A stretch of 36,032 nt of DNA. Source: Rugosibacter sp. GTDB taxonomy: Bacteria > Pseudomonadota > Gammaproteobacteria > Burkholderiales > Rhodocyclaceae. Made by a program: the position numbers and the translations under genes. A model generated the notes under the pieces. The model was not told where the DNA came from and searched no databases. It saw only the letters and a program-made list of their open reading frames with translations. Of the stretch, positions 1 to 9,826 are shown in pieces. The DNA is taken from contig JBAQUE010000305.1 of the NCBI GenBank assembly GCA_049297315.1, positions 1 through 36,032 of the forward strand. Reading direction: 5' to 3'. Each line of letters starts with the position of its first letter. The first letter of the stretch is position 1.

Positions 1-311
1 TCCCGATCCTTGTGCCGGTCATCGTCGGTTTCACCCTCGGCCCCAAGGCTCTGGGGGGGGTGATTGTCGGCACCATCGTCACCGGTATCTTCGTGGCCAT
101 CTCAATGACCACCGGCGGCGGCGCCTGGGATAACGCCAAGAAGTACATTGAAGATGGCCATTTTGGCGGCAAGGGTTCGGAAGCGCATAAGGCCGCCGTG
201 ACCGGTGATACCGTGGGCGACCCCTACAAGGATACGGCGGGACCGGCGGTCAATCCACTGATCAAGATCATCAACATCGTGGCGCTGCTGATTGTGCCAC
301 TGGTGGCGTGA
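1..311 (+). CDS. hppA: Membrane-bound H+/Na+-translocating pyrophosphatase, C-terminal part (5' truncated by window edge)
   Basis: Signature [13 protein letters not shown]...[21 protein letters not shown] of M-PPases; the frame is open to the window start. Confidence 0.95.
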   Translation, partial: PILVPVIVGFTLGPKALGGVIVGTIVTGIFVAISMTTGGGAWDNAKKYIEDGHFGGKGSEAHKAAVTGDTVGDPYKDTAGPAVNPLIKIINIVALLIVPLVA

Positions 312-334
312 TCAGGCGCAGTTTCTATGGATGG

Positions 335-365
335 ATGGGCAGCCTTGATGCTGCCCATTTGGTTT
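335..365 (+). terminator. Probable intrinsic terminator after hppA
   Basis: ATGGGCAGC-cttgat-GCTGCCCAT hairpin followed by TTGGTTT. Confidence 0.55.
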
Positions 366-381
366 GCGTTGCAATGAACCA

Positions 382-912
382 ATGAGTACCTTCGATTTCA
401 TATCGCACTTTGAACCGCTAGGCGATGCCGTGTCATTCGTTAGCCGTATGCAGGAAACGCTCGGTGTCATCCATCTATTTGAAGATTTTGATGCTGCTGA
501 AATTGCAGGTTTGGCCAGCTACATGCAATGCTTTCGCGCGCCACCAGGCAGCGAAATCATCCGCGAAGGTGAGGCCGGTGACTTCATGTTCCTGATTCTT
601 GAGGGCAGCGTTGAAATCACCAAGCAGGATGTGCGCGGCCAACCGCAAGTCATCAGCACCGTCGGACCAGGCAAGACGCTGGGTGAGATGTCGCTGATAG
701 ATGGCGAGCCGCGCTTTGCCAGTTGTGTGACGCTTACAGTGCTCGAATTTGCAGTGCTTGACCGTCACAGCCTGTCACGATTGATCAGCGAACAGCCGCG
801 GTTGGGCGTCAAGCTGTTGATGGAATTATTGATGTTGCTTAACCAGCGCCTGCGCAGCGTAAGTGCTCAACTCATGGATTGCATGGAGGCGCGACGCTCG
901 CGTATCCGCTGA
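382..912 (+). CDS. Stand-alone cyclic nucleotide-binding (CAP_ED/cNMP) domain protein
   Basis: IIREGEAGDFMFLILEGSVEI beta-roll and GEMSLIDGEPRFAS phosphate-binding cassette; no C-terminal HTH. ATG at 382 preferred over TTG at 364. Confidence 0.85.
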   Translation: MSTFDFISHFEPLGDAVSFVSRMQETLGVIHLFEDFDAAEIAGLASYMQCFRAPPGSEIIREGEAGDFMFLILEGSVEITKQDVRGQPQVISTVGPGKTLGEMSLIDGEPRFASCVTLTVLEFAVLDRHSLSRLISEQPRLGVKLLMELLMLLNQRLRSVSAQLMDCMEARRSRIR

Positions 913-1080
913 GGAGGCGGCGCGGTTGGGTACTGTTAGTTCAGCCACCGCCGTGCCACCAGCGCCGACTTTTTTCTTTCAGTTTGTTGATGCAGTACGC
1001 TAACCATTGTCGAGAGGACTGCTTTGAAGGATATAATGCGGGGCTTAAAAATTGGTACTGTTTGATAGGCCATAGTGCAT

Positions 1081-1167
1081 GCCGGGATGGCGGAATCGGT
1101 AGACGCAGCGGATTCAAAATCCGCCGCTAGTGATAGTGTGGGGGTTCGAGTCCCCCTCCCGGCACCA
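1081..1167 (+). tRNA. tRNA-Leu (anticodon CAA)
   Basis: GCCGGGA/TCCCGGC acceptor stem, anticodon arm GCGGA-TTCAAAA-TCCGC, long variable arm, GGTTCGAGTCC T-loop, encoded CCA. Confidence 0.97.
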
Positions 1168-1410
1168 CGAATATGATGAAACGATTGAGGCCATGAAGCT
1201 ATCAATCCTTTCAAATTTATCGCCATTCGCCATGCTGTTTCGCTAATGTGTGACAAACCAGATGAACACTATCTACCAGCGCATATGCATGGACAAGGCT
1301 CATGCTCAGGGTAACCGCATGAATGCCAATGTCGTTGACTGCTGAAATACGCGTTTGCGCTGAATTGTTCGGATTGCGGTAACGTTCATGCGATTGCCTT
1401 GGGCTGATTC

Positions 1411-1439
1411 TTGACATGCTAGTCGATACTGTGTAGCGT
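1411..1439 (+). promoter_or_regulatory. Candidate sigma70 promoter for the small-protein/Rieske oxygenase pair
   Basis: TTGACA-N17-TAGCGT about 130 nt upstream of the ATG at 1571. Confidence 0.4.
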
Positions 1440-1570
1440 ACGGATAGCTGTGCTGTATGGTTGGAACGCTAGAAATTGCCAGCATATCAAGCGACTATGG
1501 AGCACGATAGAGAAAAAGAAAACTCTTGCCTTAGCCGGTAAGCCAAATTTTATAAAAAGAGGAAGAAATT

Positions 1571-1891
1571 ATGGAGGCATCAACATTACCAGCGGAATTC
1601 CGTGATCTGGAAGCTTTTTCCGAGTGGTCGCTGGAACACCGGGCGGAACGCTTCAATAAGCGGGTGAATAGTTCCATGGAAAAAATCACTGCGTTCTATA
1701 ACGCAATGGTTCCCCGCCTGGACAAGGCGATGGCTTACCTGAACAGCAAACCACTGGCAAACCTGGAGCCAGCGGACAAGCGCTTGCTGGCGATGGCGCA
1801 GTCGTTGGTAGAAGTCTCGCGTAGCGTGGAGCTGTGGCAGGCGCCGGATAATTACGCTTTTGATGCGGATCGCGTCAAGATTCATCTTTGA
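1571..1891 (+). CDS. Conserved-looking small hypothetical protein (106 aa, predicted helical), likely co-transcribed with the Rieske oxygenase
   Basis: Strong SD (AAGAGG) and ATG; 40 bp upstream of the oxygenase; LPAEFRDLE..W.L....R...R..SSM....AFY pattern resembles hypothetical proteins I recall near Rieske oxygenase genes. Confidence 0.8.
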   Translation: MEASTLPAEFRDLEAFSEWSLEHRAERFNKRVNSSMEKITAFYNAMVPRLDKAMAYLNSKPLANLEPADKRLLAMAQSLVEVSRSVELWQAPDNYAFDADRVKIHL

Positions 1892-1931
1892 TTCATAAAT
1901 GAGTTAGTTAAAAAACACAGGAGAAGCGATC

Positions 1932-3128
1932 ATGGACATGAAAGTGACGATGAAGTATGAGAATCGGTATGGCATGGGCACGCAGCCCTTATCAACGGAA
2001 GACTGTATCTCGCCCGAGTACTTTGCCAAAGAAAAGGAATTGCTGTTCAAGCGCTCCTGGTTGTGCGTAGGCCGCATCGAGGATTTGCCGGAAGTCGGCA
2101 GCTATTTTGTCAAAGACATCGCCATACTGGATACGTCGATCATCGTGACGCGCGGCAAAGACAACAAGGTCAATGCGTTCCATAACATCTGCACGCACCG
2201 GCTGAACAAGATCATGAAACCCGGCGCCGGCAAGGTCAAAGCCTTTACCTGCCAGTTTCACGGCTGGGCCTTTGGCCTGGATGGCAAGCTGATCCACTCC
2301 TCGAACGAAAACCTGTTCCCGGATTTCAAGAAAGAAAAGCTGGGGCTGCCCACCGTGCATGCGGACGTGTGGAATGGCTTCATCTTCATCAACGTGGCGG
2401 CCAAGCCGAAACAAGGCCTGCGCGAATCACTGGGTGAATTGGCGGACAAGTTTGACGGCTATTTTGACAACATGGAAATGCGTGGCGAATGGGAGGTGGA
2501 TATCAACGCCAACTGGAAGCTGGTGCTCGATTCGCAGACCGAGGGTTATCACGCCCCGACCTTGCATGCCAAGTCCTTGCGCGATTCCGTGGCTGGCAAG
2601 GACAACCCGAACTGCCTGCTCAATGATGTGCGGATTTTTGACAAGCACCGTGCGATGAGTGTGTATGGAAACCCGGAATACCGGCCGGTGACAGTCGAGG
2701 GCATGGCTGGCAGCTATGCGAAGACGCCGCTGTATCCGGCGACTTCGGCGACAACGGACTCGCTGCCACCCGGGGTGAATCCCGAGAAAAATCCATTATG
2801 GGTATTTGACCTCACCGTTCTGTTCCCTAACTTTGAACTGGTCACTGCCAATGGCTGGTACGGGATGATGCTGTACTGGCCACTGGCGGCGGACAAGACA
2901 CATTTTGAGATGCGCCAGTTCCTCTACAAGCCTGAAACGGCGGGCGACATCATCAGCCAGGAATATGGTCTGTCACACATGCGCGATGTGATCCGCGAAG
3001 ACTACAGCACACTGGAGGGAACGCAACAGATGATGCAATCCGGTGTGTTGAAGGAAGTGCATCTATGTGACGAGGAAATCACCGTTCGGCACAACCATCT
3101 GGCAGTTGAGCAGGCGATCAACGAATAA
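1932..3128 (+). CDS. Rieske non-heme iron oxygenase alpha subunit (aromatic ring-hydroxylating/CntA-like)
   Basis: Rieske motif CTH...CQFH; mononuclear Fe motif NWKLVLDSQTEGYHAPTLH plus EDY Asp; SD AGGAG. Confidence 0.93.
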   Translation: MDMKVTMKYENRYGMGTQPLSTEDCISPEYFAKEKELLFKRSWLCVGRIEDLPEVGSYFVKDIAILDTSIIVTRGKDNKVNAFHNICTHRLNKIMKPGAGKVKAFTCQFHGWAFGLDGKLIHSSNENLFPDFKKEKLGLPTVHADVWNGFIFINVAAKPKQGLRESLGELADKFDGYFDNMEMRGEWEVDINANWKLVLDSQTEGYHAPTLHAKSLRDSVAGKDNPNCLLNDVRIFDKHRAMSVYGNPEYRPVTVEGMAGSYAKTPLYPATSATTDSLPPGVNPEKNPLWVFDLTVLFPNFELVTANGWYGMMLYWPLAADKTHFEMRQFLYKPETAGDIISQEYGLSHMRDVIREDYSTLEGTQQMMQSGVLKEVHLCDEEITVRHNHLAVEQAINE

Positions 3129-3145
3129 TCGCTGTTGTACTGTAG

Positions 3146-3185
3146 GAAAAAAACATGGCCGGATTTATCCGGCCATGTTTTTTTC
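3146..3185. terminator. Bidirectional intrinsic terminator between the convergent oxygenase and gloA genes
   Basis: Perfect inverted repeat GAAAAAAACATGGCCGGAT-TT-ATCCGGCCATGTTTTTTTC with A/T tracts on both sides. Confidence 0.9.
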
Positions 3186-3570
3186 AGTCCTTCTTTTCGA
3201 TCAATTCGATCTTGTAACCATCCGGATCTTCGACAAAGGCGATAACAGTCGTGCCGCCTTTCATTGGTCCGGCTTCGCGGACGACATTGCCACCGCGCTG
3301 GCGAATGGCATCGCAGGCGGCGTAGGCATCCGGTACGGCGAGGGCGATGTGGCCGTAGCCGGCGCCGAGGTCGTAATGGTCGGTTTCCCAGTTATGCGTC
3401 AGTTCGATGACTGCGCCTTCGCTTTCATCCTGGAAGCCGACAAAGGCGAGGGTGAACTTCCCGGCGGGAAAGTCGGCACGGCGCAGCAGGCGCATGCCCA
3501 GTACTTCGGTATAAAACTTGAGCGAGCGGTCGAGATCGCCGACGCGCAGCATGGTGTGCAGGATTTTCAT
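3184..3570 (-). CDS. gloA: Lactoylglutathione lyase (glyoxalase I)
   Basis: [16 protein letters not shown]...IELTHNW...GYGHIA...[11 protein letters not shown]; start set at ATG 3570 with SD GAAAGGA. Confidence 0.96.
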   Translation of the reverse strand: MKILHTMLRVGDLDRSLKFYTEVLGMRLLRRADFPAGKFTLAFVGFQDESEGAVIELTHNWETDHYDLGAGYGHIALAVPDAYAACDAIRQRGGNVVREAGPMKGGTTVIAFVEDPDGYKIELIEKKD

Positions 3571-3580
3571 GGTCTTCCTT

Positions 3581-4321
3581 TCACAGGATGGGTATGGACG
3601 TGGCGCATGTTTTGAGTTCGTTGCGTGCCGCTTGCCAGTCAGGATAGAGCGTGCCAACGACGCGCCAGAAGCGGTCGCTGTGGTTCATTTCCAGCAAATG
3701 CGCCGCTTCATGCGCAACGACATAATCGCCGATATGCGCTGGCAGGTGGATGAGCCGCCAATTGATGCGGATGCCACTGGTGCGGCTGCAACTGCCCCAG
3801 CGCGTGCGTGCGGCGGAAAGGCCCAGCGGCGGAGCCGGCAGGTTGAGTTGCGCGGTATAGTGCGTCAGGCGTTCGTCAAAATGCGTCAAGGCCCGCGCTT
3901 TCAGGCCGCGGATAGTGAGTTGGCCGAGATCGGCATCGTCGCGGGCTTCAAGCATTAGGCATTGTTCCATCCAGCGGACGCGGTTGGCGCCAGGCACGAT
4001 GCGTACTTCAATTTCATCACCGAGGAAGGGCAGGCGGACACCATCCTTGATGCTGACATGGCGGGGTTGGTTGGTGCGGGCGAGTTCGTCCAGTTTGCGC
4101 AGCACCCAGACGCCATGGCTGTTGGCGAAGGCTTCGATCTCGGCCAGCGGCATGCGGCTCGGCGCGGCCAGGCGCAGGCCGCGCTCGTCGATGCTCATGC
4201 TCAGCCGCCGCACGCCGGTTTTGAGATGGTAATCGACGATCCGTCCGGCGATCAGCAACTGCCGCGCTTTGGGTTGCGGCGTTGGTTCTGGCAGGAAGAA
4301 GAGTTTGAATTGTTCAAACAT
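3581..4321 (-). CDS. YgjP/DUF45 (M48-like) zinc metalloprotein
   Basis: RWGSCS...[31 protein letters not shown] signature (HExxH); start MFEQFK at 4321 avoids overlap with the upstream gene. Confidence 0.88.
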   Translation of the reverse strand: MFEQFKLFFLPEPTPQPKARQLLIAGRIVDYHLKTGVRRLSMSIDERGLRLAAPSRMPLAEIEAFANSHGVWVLRKLDELARTNQPRHVSIKDGVRLPFLGDEIEVRIVPGANRVRWMEQCLMLEARDDADLGQLTIRGLKARALTHFDERLTHYTAQLNLPAPPLGLSAARTRWGSCSRTSGIRINWRLIHLPAHIGDYVVAHEAAHLLEMNHSDRFWRVVGTLYPDWQAARNELKTCATSIPIL

Positions 4322-4331
4322 TGTGCGGATA

Positions 4332-4817
4332 TCAGCAGGAAGGCAGGGCGAACAAGTCGTGATCGGCAGTTGCCTGTGGCAAGCTGGCCAGCGCACGGCT
4401 GATGGCAGAGTCGATGACGGCTGGCGGTTGTTCGATCAAGCGCCAATGACAGCGCAGGGTGCTGGCATCAGGCGCTTCGACCCAGTGGTCGCGTGCGGCG
4501 AATGACAGCACCAGGCGCGGCGCGCGCCGTCCCGCCAGCGCCGACTTTTCCTTAACGAGGGCTGTCAAATGGCGCACGGCCTCAGCGCGCAGCCAGGCTT
4601 CCGCGCAATCCTGAATCTGGCGCGGCGTCGCCTGAGGTGGCAGCGGCAGATGCAGCGCACTGGACACTTGTGTCGCCTCGGCGTATTCGCCGCTCAGCAT
4701 CAGGCACAGCGTGCCGCCAAGATAGGCAATCGATGCGCCTTCATGCCAGCGCGCTGCGGCATCCGGCGCTGCGGCATTCAGCCGCAGGTCAAGCTGCGGC
4801 TGGCGGCGCGGCCTCAT
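4332..4817 (-). CDS. Degenerate YgjP/DUF45-like paralog lacking HExxH
   Basis: EGASIAYLG...AWLR...HWRLIEQPPAVID aligns with DGVRLPFLG...RGLK...[13 protein letters not shown] of the neighbouring gene; same strand, tight packing. Confidence 0.7.
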   Translation of the reverse strand: MRPRRQPQLDLRLNAAAPDAAARWHEGASIAYLGGTLCLMLSGEYAEATQVSSALHLPLPPQATPRQIQDCAEAWLRAEAVRHLTALVKEKSALAGRRAPRLVLSFAARDHWVEAPDASTLRCHWRLIEQPPAVIDSAISRALASLPQATADHDLFALPSC

Positions 4818-5547
4818 GGGTGTCCGGGTAGAGATGCGGGCTGATATGGCGCATTTCGCCTTCGATCCAGGTTTCGGCGCGCGCCAGAATCTCGGATGCG
4901 GTCAGGCCTGCCGGATCAATCGCCGGGCCGATGCTGACGGTAGCCATGCCGCTCTTTTTGAACAGCGCATTGCGTCCCCAGAACTCGCCCGAATTCAGCG
5001 CGACAGGCACTACGGGTGCGCCGGTGGCGATGGCCAGAAATGCGCCGCCACCCTTGTAGCGATGTTTTTGTCCCGGCGGCGCGCGCGTGCCTTCAGGAAA
5101 GATGATCACCGTGTAACCATCCTTGAGCCTTTCACTGCCTTTATCAATCAGGCTTTTCAGCGCTGCCTTGCCGGCGCCGCGGTCGATCGGGATCATCGGT
5201 GTCATGGCCAGCGCCCAGCCGAAAAATGGCAGGTGGAGAATTTCTTTTTTCCAGACGAATATGGCATCCTTGAAGACTTCCTGCAGGATGAAGGTTTCCC
5301 AGGCGGATTGATGTTTGCAAAACACCACAGCGGGCTGCGATGGGATGTTTTCCGCGCCGATCAGACGGTAAGGTATGCCCTGCACATGTTTTATCAGCCA
5401 GATGACCAGGCGTACCCAGGGCATGGCCAGATGATGCCGCCAACGCAATGGCAATGGCAGGCTGACCACAATGAAAAACACCATGTAAGGTGGTGTGATG
5501 ACCAACATAATCAGCAGGAATAGCAGGGAACGGATGAAAGAGAGCAT
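4789..5547 (-). CDS. plsC: 1-acyl-sn-glycerol-3-phosphate acyltransferase
   Basis: KHQSAWET block I, IDR, IFPEGTR block III, VVPV; typical position after gmhB. Confidence 0.92.
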   Translation of the reverse strand: MLSFIRSLLFLLIMLVITPPYMVFFIVVSLPLPLRWRHHLAMPWVRLVIWLIKHVQGIPYRLIGAENIPSQPAVVFCKHQSAWETFILQEVFKDAIFVWKKEILHLPFFGWALAMTPMIPIDRGAGKAALKSLIDKGSERLKDGYTVIIFPEGTRAPPGQKHRYKGGGAFLAIATGAPVVPVALNSGEFWGRNALFKKSGMATVSIGPAIDPAGLTASEILARAETWIEGEMRHISPHLYPDTHEAAPPAAA

Positions 5548-5552
5548 GCGCT

Positions 5553-5726
5553 TTTAGTGTGACATGCTCAGGCAAATGCGCTGGGTAATAACCGAGCGAA
5601 GCGAGCCATATAGAAGCCTCCCCGTGAGGGGGCGAGGCGGGAATGCGCGACGCATGCATCGCGCCGCCGCAGCCGGGTGGCTGTGCAAAGCCAGCCGTGG
5701 GCCGCGTAGCGGGTGGGAGGGGCGGG
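5553..5726. repeat. Dispersed intergenic repeat, copy 1 (REP/MITE-like) with a 79-nt internal palindromic insertion
   Basis: 5553-5631 matches 9827-9905 at 67/79 nt without gaps; GGGTGGGAGGGGCGGG at 5711-5726 matches 9907-9922. Confidence 0.85.
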
Positions 5727-5783
5727 CCCATTTGCTTGCCTTTAGTAGTGTTGCGAAGTTGATGGGTTTCAAAATCATCATCG

Positions 5784-6326
5784 TCATGGGCGTTCAGCCA
5801 AAAGATGGGTAACGGCTGCCGCGAGATCGGGAAAGATCAGCGTGCCGGGTGGCAGATCGGGGTCGTCAGCGGTTTTCTTGCCTTTGCCGGTACGCACCAG
5901 GATCGGCAGGGCGCCCACGGCCACGGCGGATTGCAAATCGCGCAAGGCATCGCCAATGGCCGGCACGCCAGTCAGGTCGGTATTAAAGCGTGCGGCTATT
6001 TCTTGCAGCATGCCGGTCTTGGGTTTGCGGCAGGCGCAGTTGTCAGCGGCGGTGTGCGGGCAAAAAAAGATGGCATCAATATGGCCGCCCACGTCTGCCA
6101 GGGCTTTGAGCATTTTTTCATGGATGGCATTGAGCGTGTCCATTTCGAACAGGCCACGGCCAATGCCGGACTGGTTGGTAGCCAAGACGACGCGGTAATC
6201 GGCCTGGTTCAGCCGTGCAATCGCCGTCAGGCTGCCAGGAATGGGCTTCCATTCATCCGGCGATTTGATGAATTGCGGAGAGTCGAAATTGACGACGCCG
6301 TCGCGGTCGAGAATGATGAGTTTCAT
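5784..6326 (-). CDS. gmhB: D-glycero-beta-D-manno-heptose 1,7-bisphosphate phosphatase
   Basis: HAD motif LDRDGV, TNQSGIGRG, CPH....C.CRKP zinc site, GD...D. Confidence 0.95.
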   Translation of the reverse strand: MKLIILDRDGVVNFDSPQFIKSPDEWKPIPGSLTAIARLNQADYRVVLATNQSGIGRGLFEMDTLNAIHEKMLKALADVGGHIDAIFFCPHTAADNCACRKPKTGMLQEIAARFNTDLTGVPAIGDALRDLQSAVAVGALPILVRTGKGKKTADDPDLPPGTLIFPDLAAAVTHLLAERP

Positions 6327-6405
6327 GGGGTATCAGCTTAAGGCTTGCGGCAGATTCGGAAAGCATGGAAAGTGGCCGTCTGGCATGGTTATTCGCTGCG
6401 CTTGC

Positions 6406-6756
6406 TTATAAAAGCTCAATGCCAAAGCGACGCACCGTGAAGGCGAACAGGCCAAAACAAACCACTGTAATGACAACGCTGACCAGCAGTGTCGGCCAGA
6501 ACCCAAGGCGCGGCAGCAGGAATGGAAAGGCCAGAAACATGGGCAGCGTGGGCGCTACATACCAGAAGGTGTACCAGGCGTGATTGGCGATTTTAGTTTC
6601 CGGCTGGCGCTCAAGATACAGCCAGATCAAGGTCAATAGGGTCACCAGCGGCAGCGCGGCGACAAACGCGCCGAGCTTGTCGCTGCGCTTGGCCAGTTCG
6701 GAAACCAGCACAACCACGGCGGCAGTCGTCAGGTATTTGGCAATCAGCCAGGCCAT
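6406..6756 (-). CDS. DUF3147-family small membrane protein
   Basis: Four hydrophobic segments; AKRSDKLGA..AALPL and HAWYTFWYV.PTLPMF pattern. Confidence 0.75.
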   Translation of the reverse strand: MAWLIAKYLTTAAVVVLVSELAKRSDKLGAFVAALPLVTLLTLIWLYLERQPETKIANHAWYTFWYVAPTLPMFLAFPFLLPRLGFWPTLLVSVVITVVCFGLFAFTVRRFGIELL

Positions 6757-6770
6757 GATGAATGCATGCC

Positions 6771-8849
6771 TTAACTCGACAGCCGCGAAATATCCGCGAC
6801 ACGGTTCATCAATTCCGCCAGCCTGGCCAGCAGGTTCAGCCGGTTTGCGCGGATGGCCGGGTCTTCAGCGTTCACCATCACGCCCTCGAAAAAGCTATCC
6901 ACCGACTGGCGCAAGCCGGCCAGCGTTTTCAGCGCGGCGGCGTAGTCGCTGCGCGCCAATTGCGCTTCGATCTCGGGGGCGAGCTTGTCGACTTCGGCAT
7001 ACAGTGCTTTTTCGGCGGCTTCGTGCAACAAGGCTGGATTAACCGGTGCAGCGGCGTGCCCGGCAGACTTTTTGAGGATATTGACGATGCGCTTGTTCGC
7101 CGCTGCCAGCGCGGTGGCTTCGGGCAGCGCGGCGAAGGCTTTGACGGCGGCCAGGCGCAGCGGCACTTCATCGATGCGCGTGGGGTTCTGCGCCAGCACG
7201 GCATCCACCACGTTGGGTTCGTGACCGGCGTCGCGCAACAGATTGCGCAGGCGTTCGCGGAAAAAGTCGGCGCTGGTGATACGGCAATCATTCGTCATCA
7301 GCGTAGGTGCAAAGCCCGCTATTGCGTCTTCGATTAAATCGGTGAGGCTCACAGGCAGCGGTGTTTCCATCAGGATGCGAAGCATGCCGAGCGCGGCGCG
7401 GCGCAGGCCGAACGGGTCCTTGTCGCCGGTCGGGATTTGCCCGATACCGAAAAAACCGATGAGCGCATCCAGCTTGTCGGCCAGCGCCACGGCGCAGGCA
7501 ACGGCGCCCTGCGGCAACGTGTCACCATTGAAACGCGGGCGGTAATGATCTTCAATCGCCGCGGCAACGACCGCCGGTTCGCCATCAGCCAGTGCGTAGT
7601 AGCGCCCCATGATGCCTTGCAATTCGGGGAATTCGCCGACCATGTCGGTCACCAGGTCGGCCTTGGCCAGCAACGCGGCGCGCTCGGCAAGCGCGGCATC
7701 GGCACCAATGCGGTGGGCAATCCGTACGGCCAGCTTGATCAGCCGGTCGACGCGTTCGCCCTGCGTGCCGAGCTTGTGGTGATACACCATGCTCGCCAGC
7801 TTGCCGATGCGTGCGGAGAGCGGTGTCTTCTTGTCGGTCTCGAAAAAGAACTTGGCATCGGCCAGACGCGGACGCACCACGCGGGCATTGCCGGTGATGA
7901 TGTGCGCCGGGTCGTCCACCTGCATGTTGCTGACAACGAGAAAGCGGTTGGTCAGCTTGGCATTTGGCCCATCACCATCCATCAGCGGAAAGTATTTCTG
8001 GTTCGCCTTCATCGTCAGGATCAGGCATTCCTGCGGCACGGCGAGAAATTCGGCCTCGAACCCCGCTTCATACACGGTGGGATGTTCGACCAGCGCGGTG
8101 ACTTCATCCAGCAGCGCATCGTCCTTGAGCCAGGTGCGCTTGTCCGCAGCGGCATCCAGTTGGCTGCGGATCATCTCGCGGCGTTGATCGAAGGCAACAA
8201 TGACGTTACCTTGCTGTGCTAGCACGTCCGTATAGTCATTGGCGCTGGTCAGGATAATCTCGCCCTGGCTCATAAAACGATGGCCGCGCGTAGTGTTGCC
8301 ACTCGTTAAACCTAATACGTTGCCAGGCACAATGCGCGCGCCATGCAGCATCACCAGCCCATGCACGGGGCGCACGAACTGCACTTCGCTCGACCCCCAG
8401 CGCATCAGCTTGGCGACCGGCAGTTTTTTCAGCGCGGCTTCGACCATGGCAGCCAACACCGTGTCGATGCGCTCGCCGGATTGATGCAGGCGCACGGCAA
8501 AGTATTCAGCCTTGCCGTCGCTGACTTTTTCGAGCTGCGCAAACGTGACTCCGGCGCCGCGCATGAAGCCTTCCAGCGCCTTGGTCGGCGTCCCGTCAGC
8601 GCCGACTCCTGCGCCAACGGCAGGGCCTTTCTTTTCTATCGTTCGGTCTGGCTGGGTTTCCAGACAATCGGGGAACAACAAGGCCAGCCGGCGCGGTGTG
8701 GCGAACCACTGCCCGGCATTCGCCGCGTCAATATAGCCTGCTTCGGCGAGCGCCTGCTGCATTTGCTCGCGGAATGCCAGCCCCAGTTTGGCCAGCGATT
8801 TCGGCGGCAGTTCTTCGCTCAGCAGTTCGATCAGCAGTGGCGCTTTCAT
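6771..8849 (-). CDS. glyS: Glycine--tRNA ligase beta subunit
   Basis: [21 protein letters not shown]...FVRP, EFPELQG.MG.YYA, DPFGLRR, NRLNLL. Confidence 0.98.
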   Translation of the reverse strand: MKAPLLIELLSEELPPKSLAKLGLAFREQMQQALAEAGYIDAANAGQWFATPRRLALLFPDCLETQPDRTIEKKGPAVGAGVGADGTPTKALEGFMRGAGVTFAQLEKVSDGKAEYFAVRLHQSGERIDTVLAAMVEAALKKLPVAKLMRWGSSEVQFVRPVHGLVMLHGARIVPGNVLGLTSGNTTRGHRFMSQGEIILTSANDYTDVLAQQGNVIVAFDQRREMIRSQLDAAADKRTWLKDDALLDEVTALVEHPTVYEAGFEAEFLAVPQECLILTMKANQKYFPLMDGDGPNAKLTNRFLVVSNMQVDDPAHIITGNARVVRPRLADAKFFFETDKKTPLSARIGKLASMVYHHKLGTQGERVDRLIKLAVRIAHRIGADAALAERAALLAKADLVTDMVGEFPELQGIMGRYYALADGEPAVVAAAIEDHYRPRFNGDTLPQGAVACAVALADKLDALIGFFGIGQIPTGDKDPFGLRRAALGMLRILMETPLPVSLTDLIEDAIAGFAPTLMTNDCRITSADFFRERLRNLLRDAGHEPNVVDAVLAQNPTRIDEVPLRLAAVKAFAALPEATALAAANKRIVNILKKSAGHAAAPVNPALLHEAAEKALYAEVDKLAPEIEAQLARSDYAAALKTLAGLRQSVDSFFEGVMVNAEDPAIRANRLNLLARLAELMNRVADISRLSS

Positions 8850-9736
8850 AGGGCGCCGCCTTTCAGCATCGGAAAGCCGAGCCGCTCGCGCGAATCATAA
8901 TAGGCTTGCGCGACTTCGCGCGCCAGCGCGCGCACGCGGCCGATGTAGGCGGCGCGCTCGGTGACCGAAATCGCGCCGCGCGCGTCGAGCAAGTTGAAGG
9001 TATGCGAGGCTTTCATGACCATTTCATAGCCGGGCAGGGGCAGGCTGAGGCCGATCAGGCGCTTGGCTTCCGACTCGAATTTGCCGAACTGGGCAAACAG
9101 CCAATCGACATCGGCATGTTCAAAGTTGTAAGTGGATTGTTCGACTTCGTTCTGGTGATACACGTCGCCATAAGTAACGCCGGGCGCCCAGACCAGGTCA
9201 TAGATATTTTCCACGCCTTGCAGATACATCGCCAGACGCTCGATGCCGTAAGTGATTTCGCCCAGCACCGGGCGGCAAACCAGCGAGCCGACTTCCTGAA
9301 AATAAGTGAACTGCGTGACTTCCATGCCATTCAGCCAGACTTCCCAGCCCAGACCCCAGGCGCCCAGCGTCGGCGATTCCCAGTCGTCCTCGACAAAGCG
9401 GATGTCATGCATCGAGGTGTCGATGCCCAGATGGCGCAGGCTGTCGAGATACAGTTCCTGGATGTCCGGCGGATTGGGCTTGAGCACCACCTGATACTGG
9501 TAGTAATGCTGCAAGCGATTCGGGTTATCGCCGTAGCGGCCATCCTTGGGGCGGCGCGAAGGCTGCACATAAGCGGCGCGCCATGGCTCGGGGCCAAGCG
9601 CGCGCAGAAAGGTCGCCGTATGGAAAGTGCCGGCACCAACTTCAATGTCATACGGCTGGAGCAACACACAGCCTTGCCGGTTCCAGTAGTCCTGCAAGCG
9701 CAGGATAATTTCCTGGAACGTGGGTTTCTGATTCAT
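8846..9736 (-). CDS. glyQ: Glycine--tRNA ligase alpha subunit
   Basis: [50 protein letters not shown]; start MNQKPTFQ at 9736; 4-bp overlap with glyS. Confidence 0.98.
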   Translation of the reverse strand: MNQKPTFQEIILRLQDYWNRQGCVLLQPYDIEVGAGTFHTATFLRALGPEPWRAAYVQPSRRPKDGRYGDNPNRLQHYYQYQVVLKPNPPDIQELYLDSLRHLGIDTSMHDIRFVEDDWESPTLGAWGLGWEVWLNGMEVTQFTYFQEVGSLVCRPVLGEITYGIERLAMYLQGVENIYDLVWAPGVTYGDVYHQNEVEQSTYNFEHADVDWLFAQFGKFESEAKRLIGLSLPLPGYEMVMKASHTFNLLDARGAISVTERAAYIGRVRALAREVAQAYYDSRERLGFPMLKGGAL

Positions 9737-9826
9737 GGGGTATTCCAAAATGCGACAAAAAAAGATTTTACAGCGCTTTGCGGATGGCATCCTCTGGTGT
9801 TTCATGCGCGATGCAGTTGAGCTGCA

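Noticed and set aside
5290..5325. plsC catalytic motif HxxxxE instead of HxxxxD
   Set aside because: KHQSAWET is a common variant among proteobacterial PlsC-like proteins; it is not evidence of inactivation
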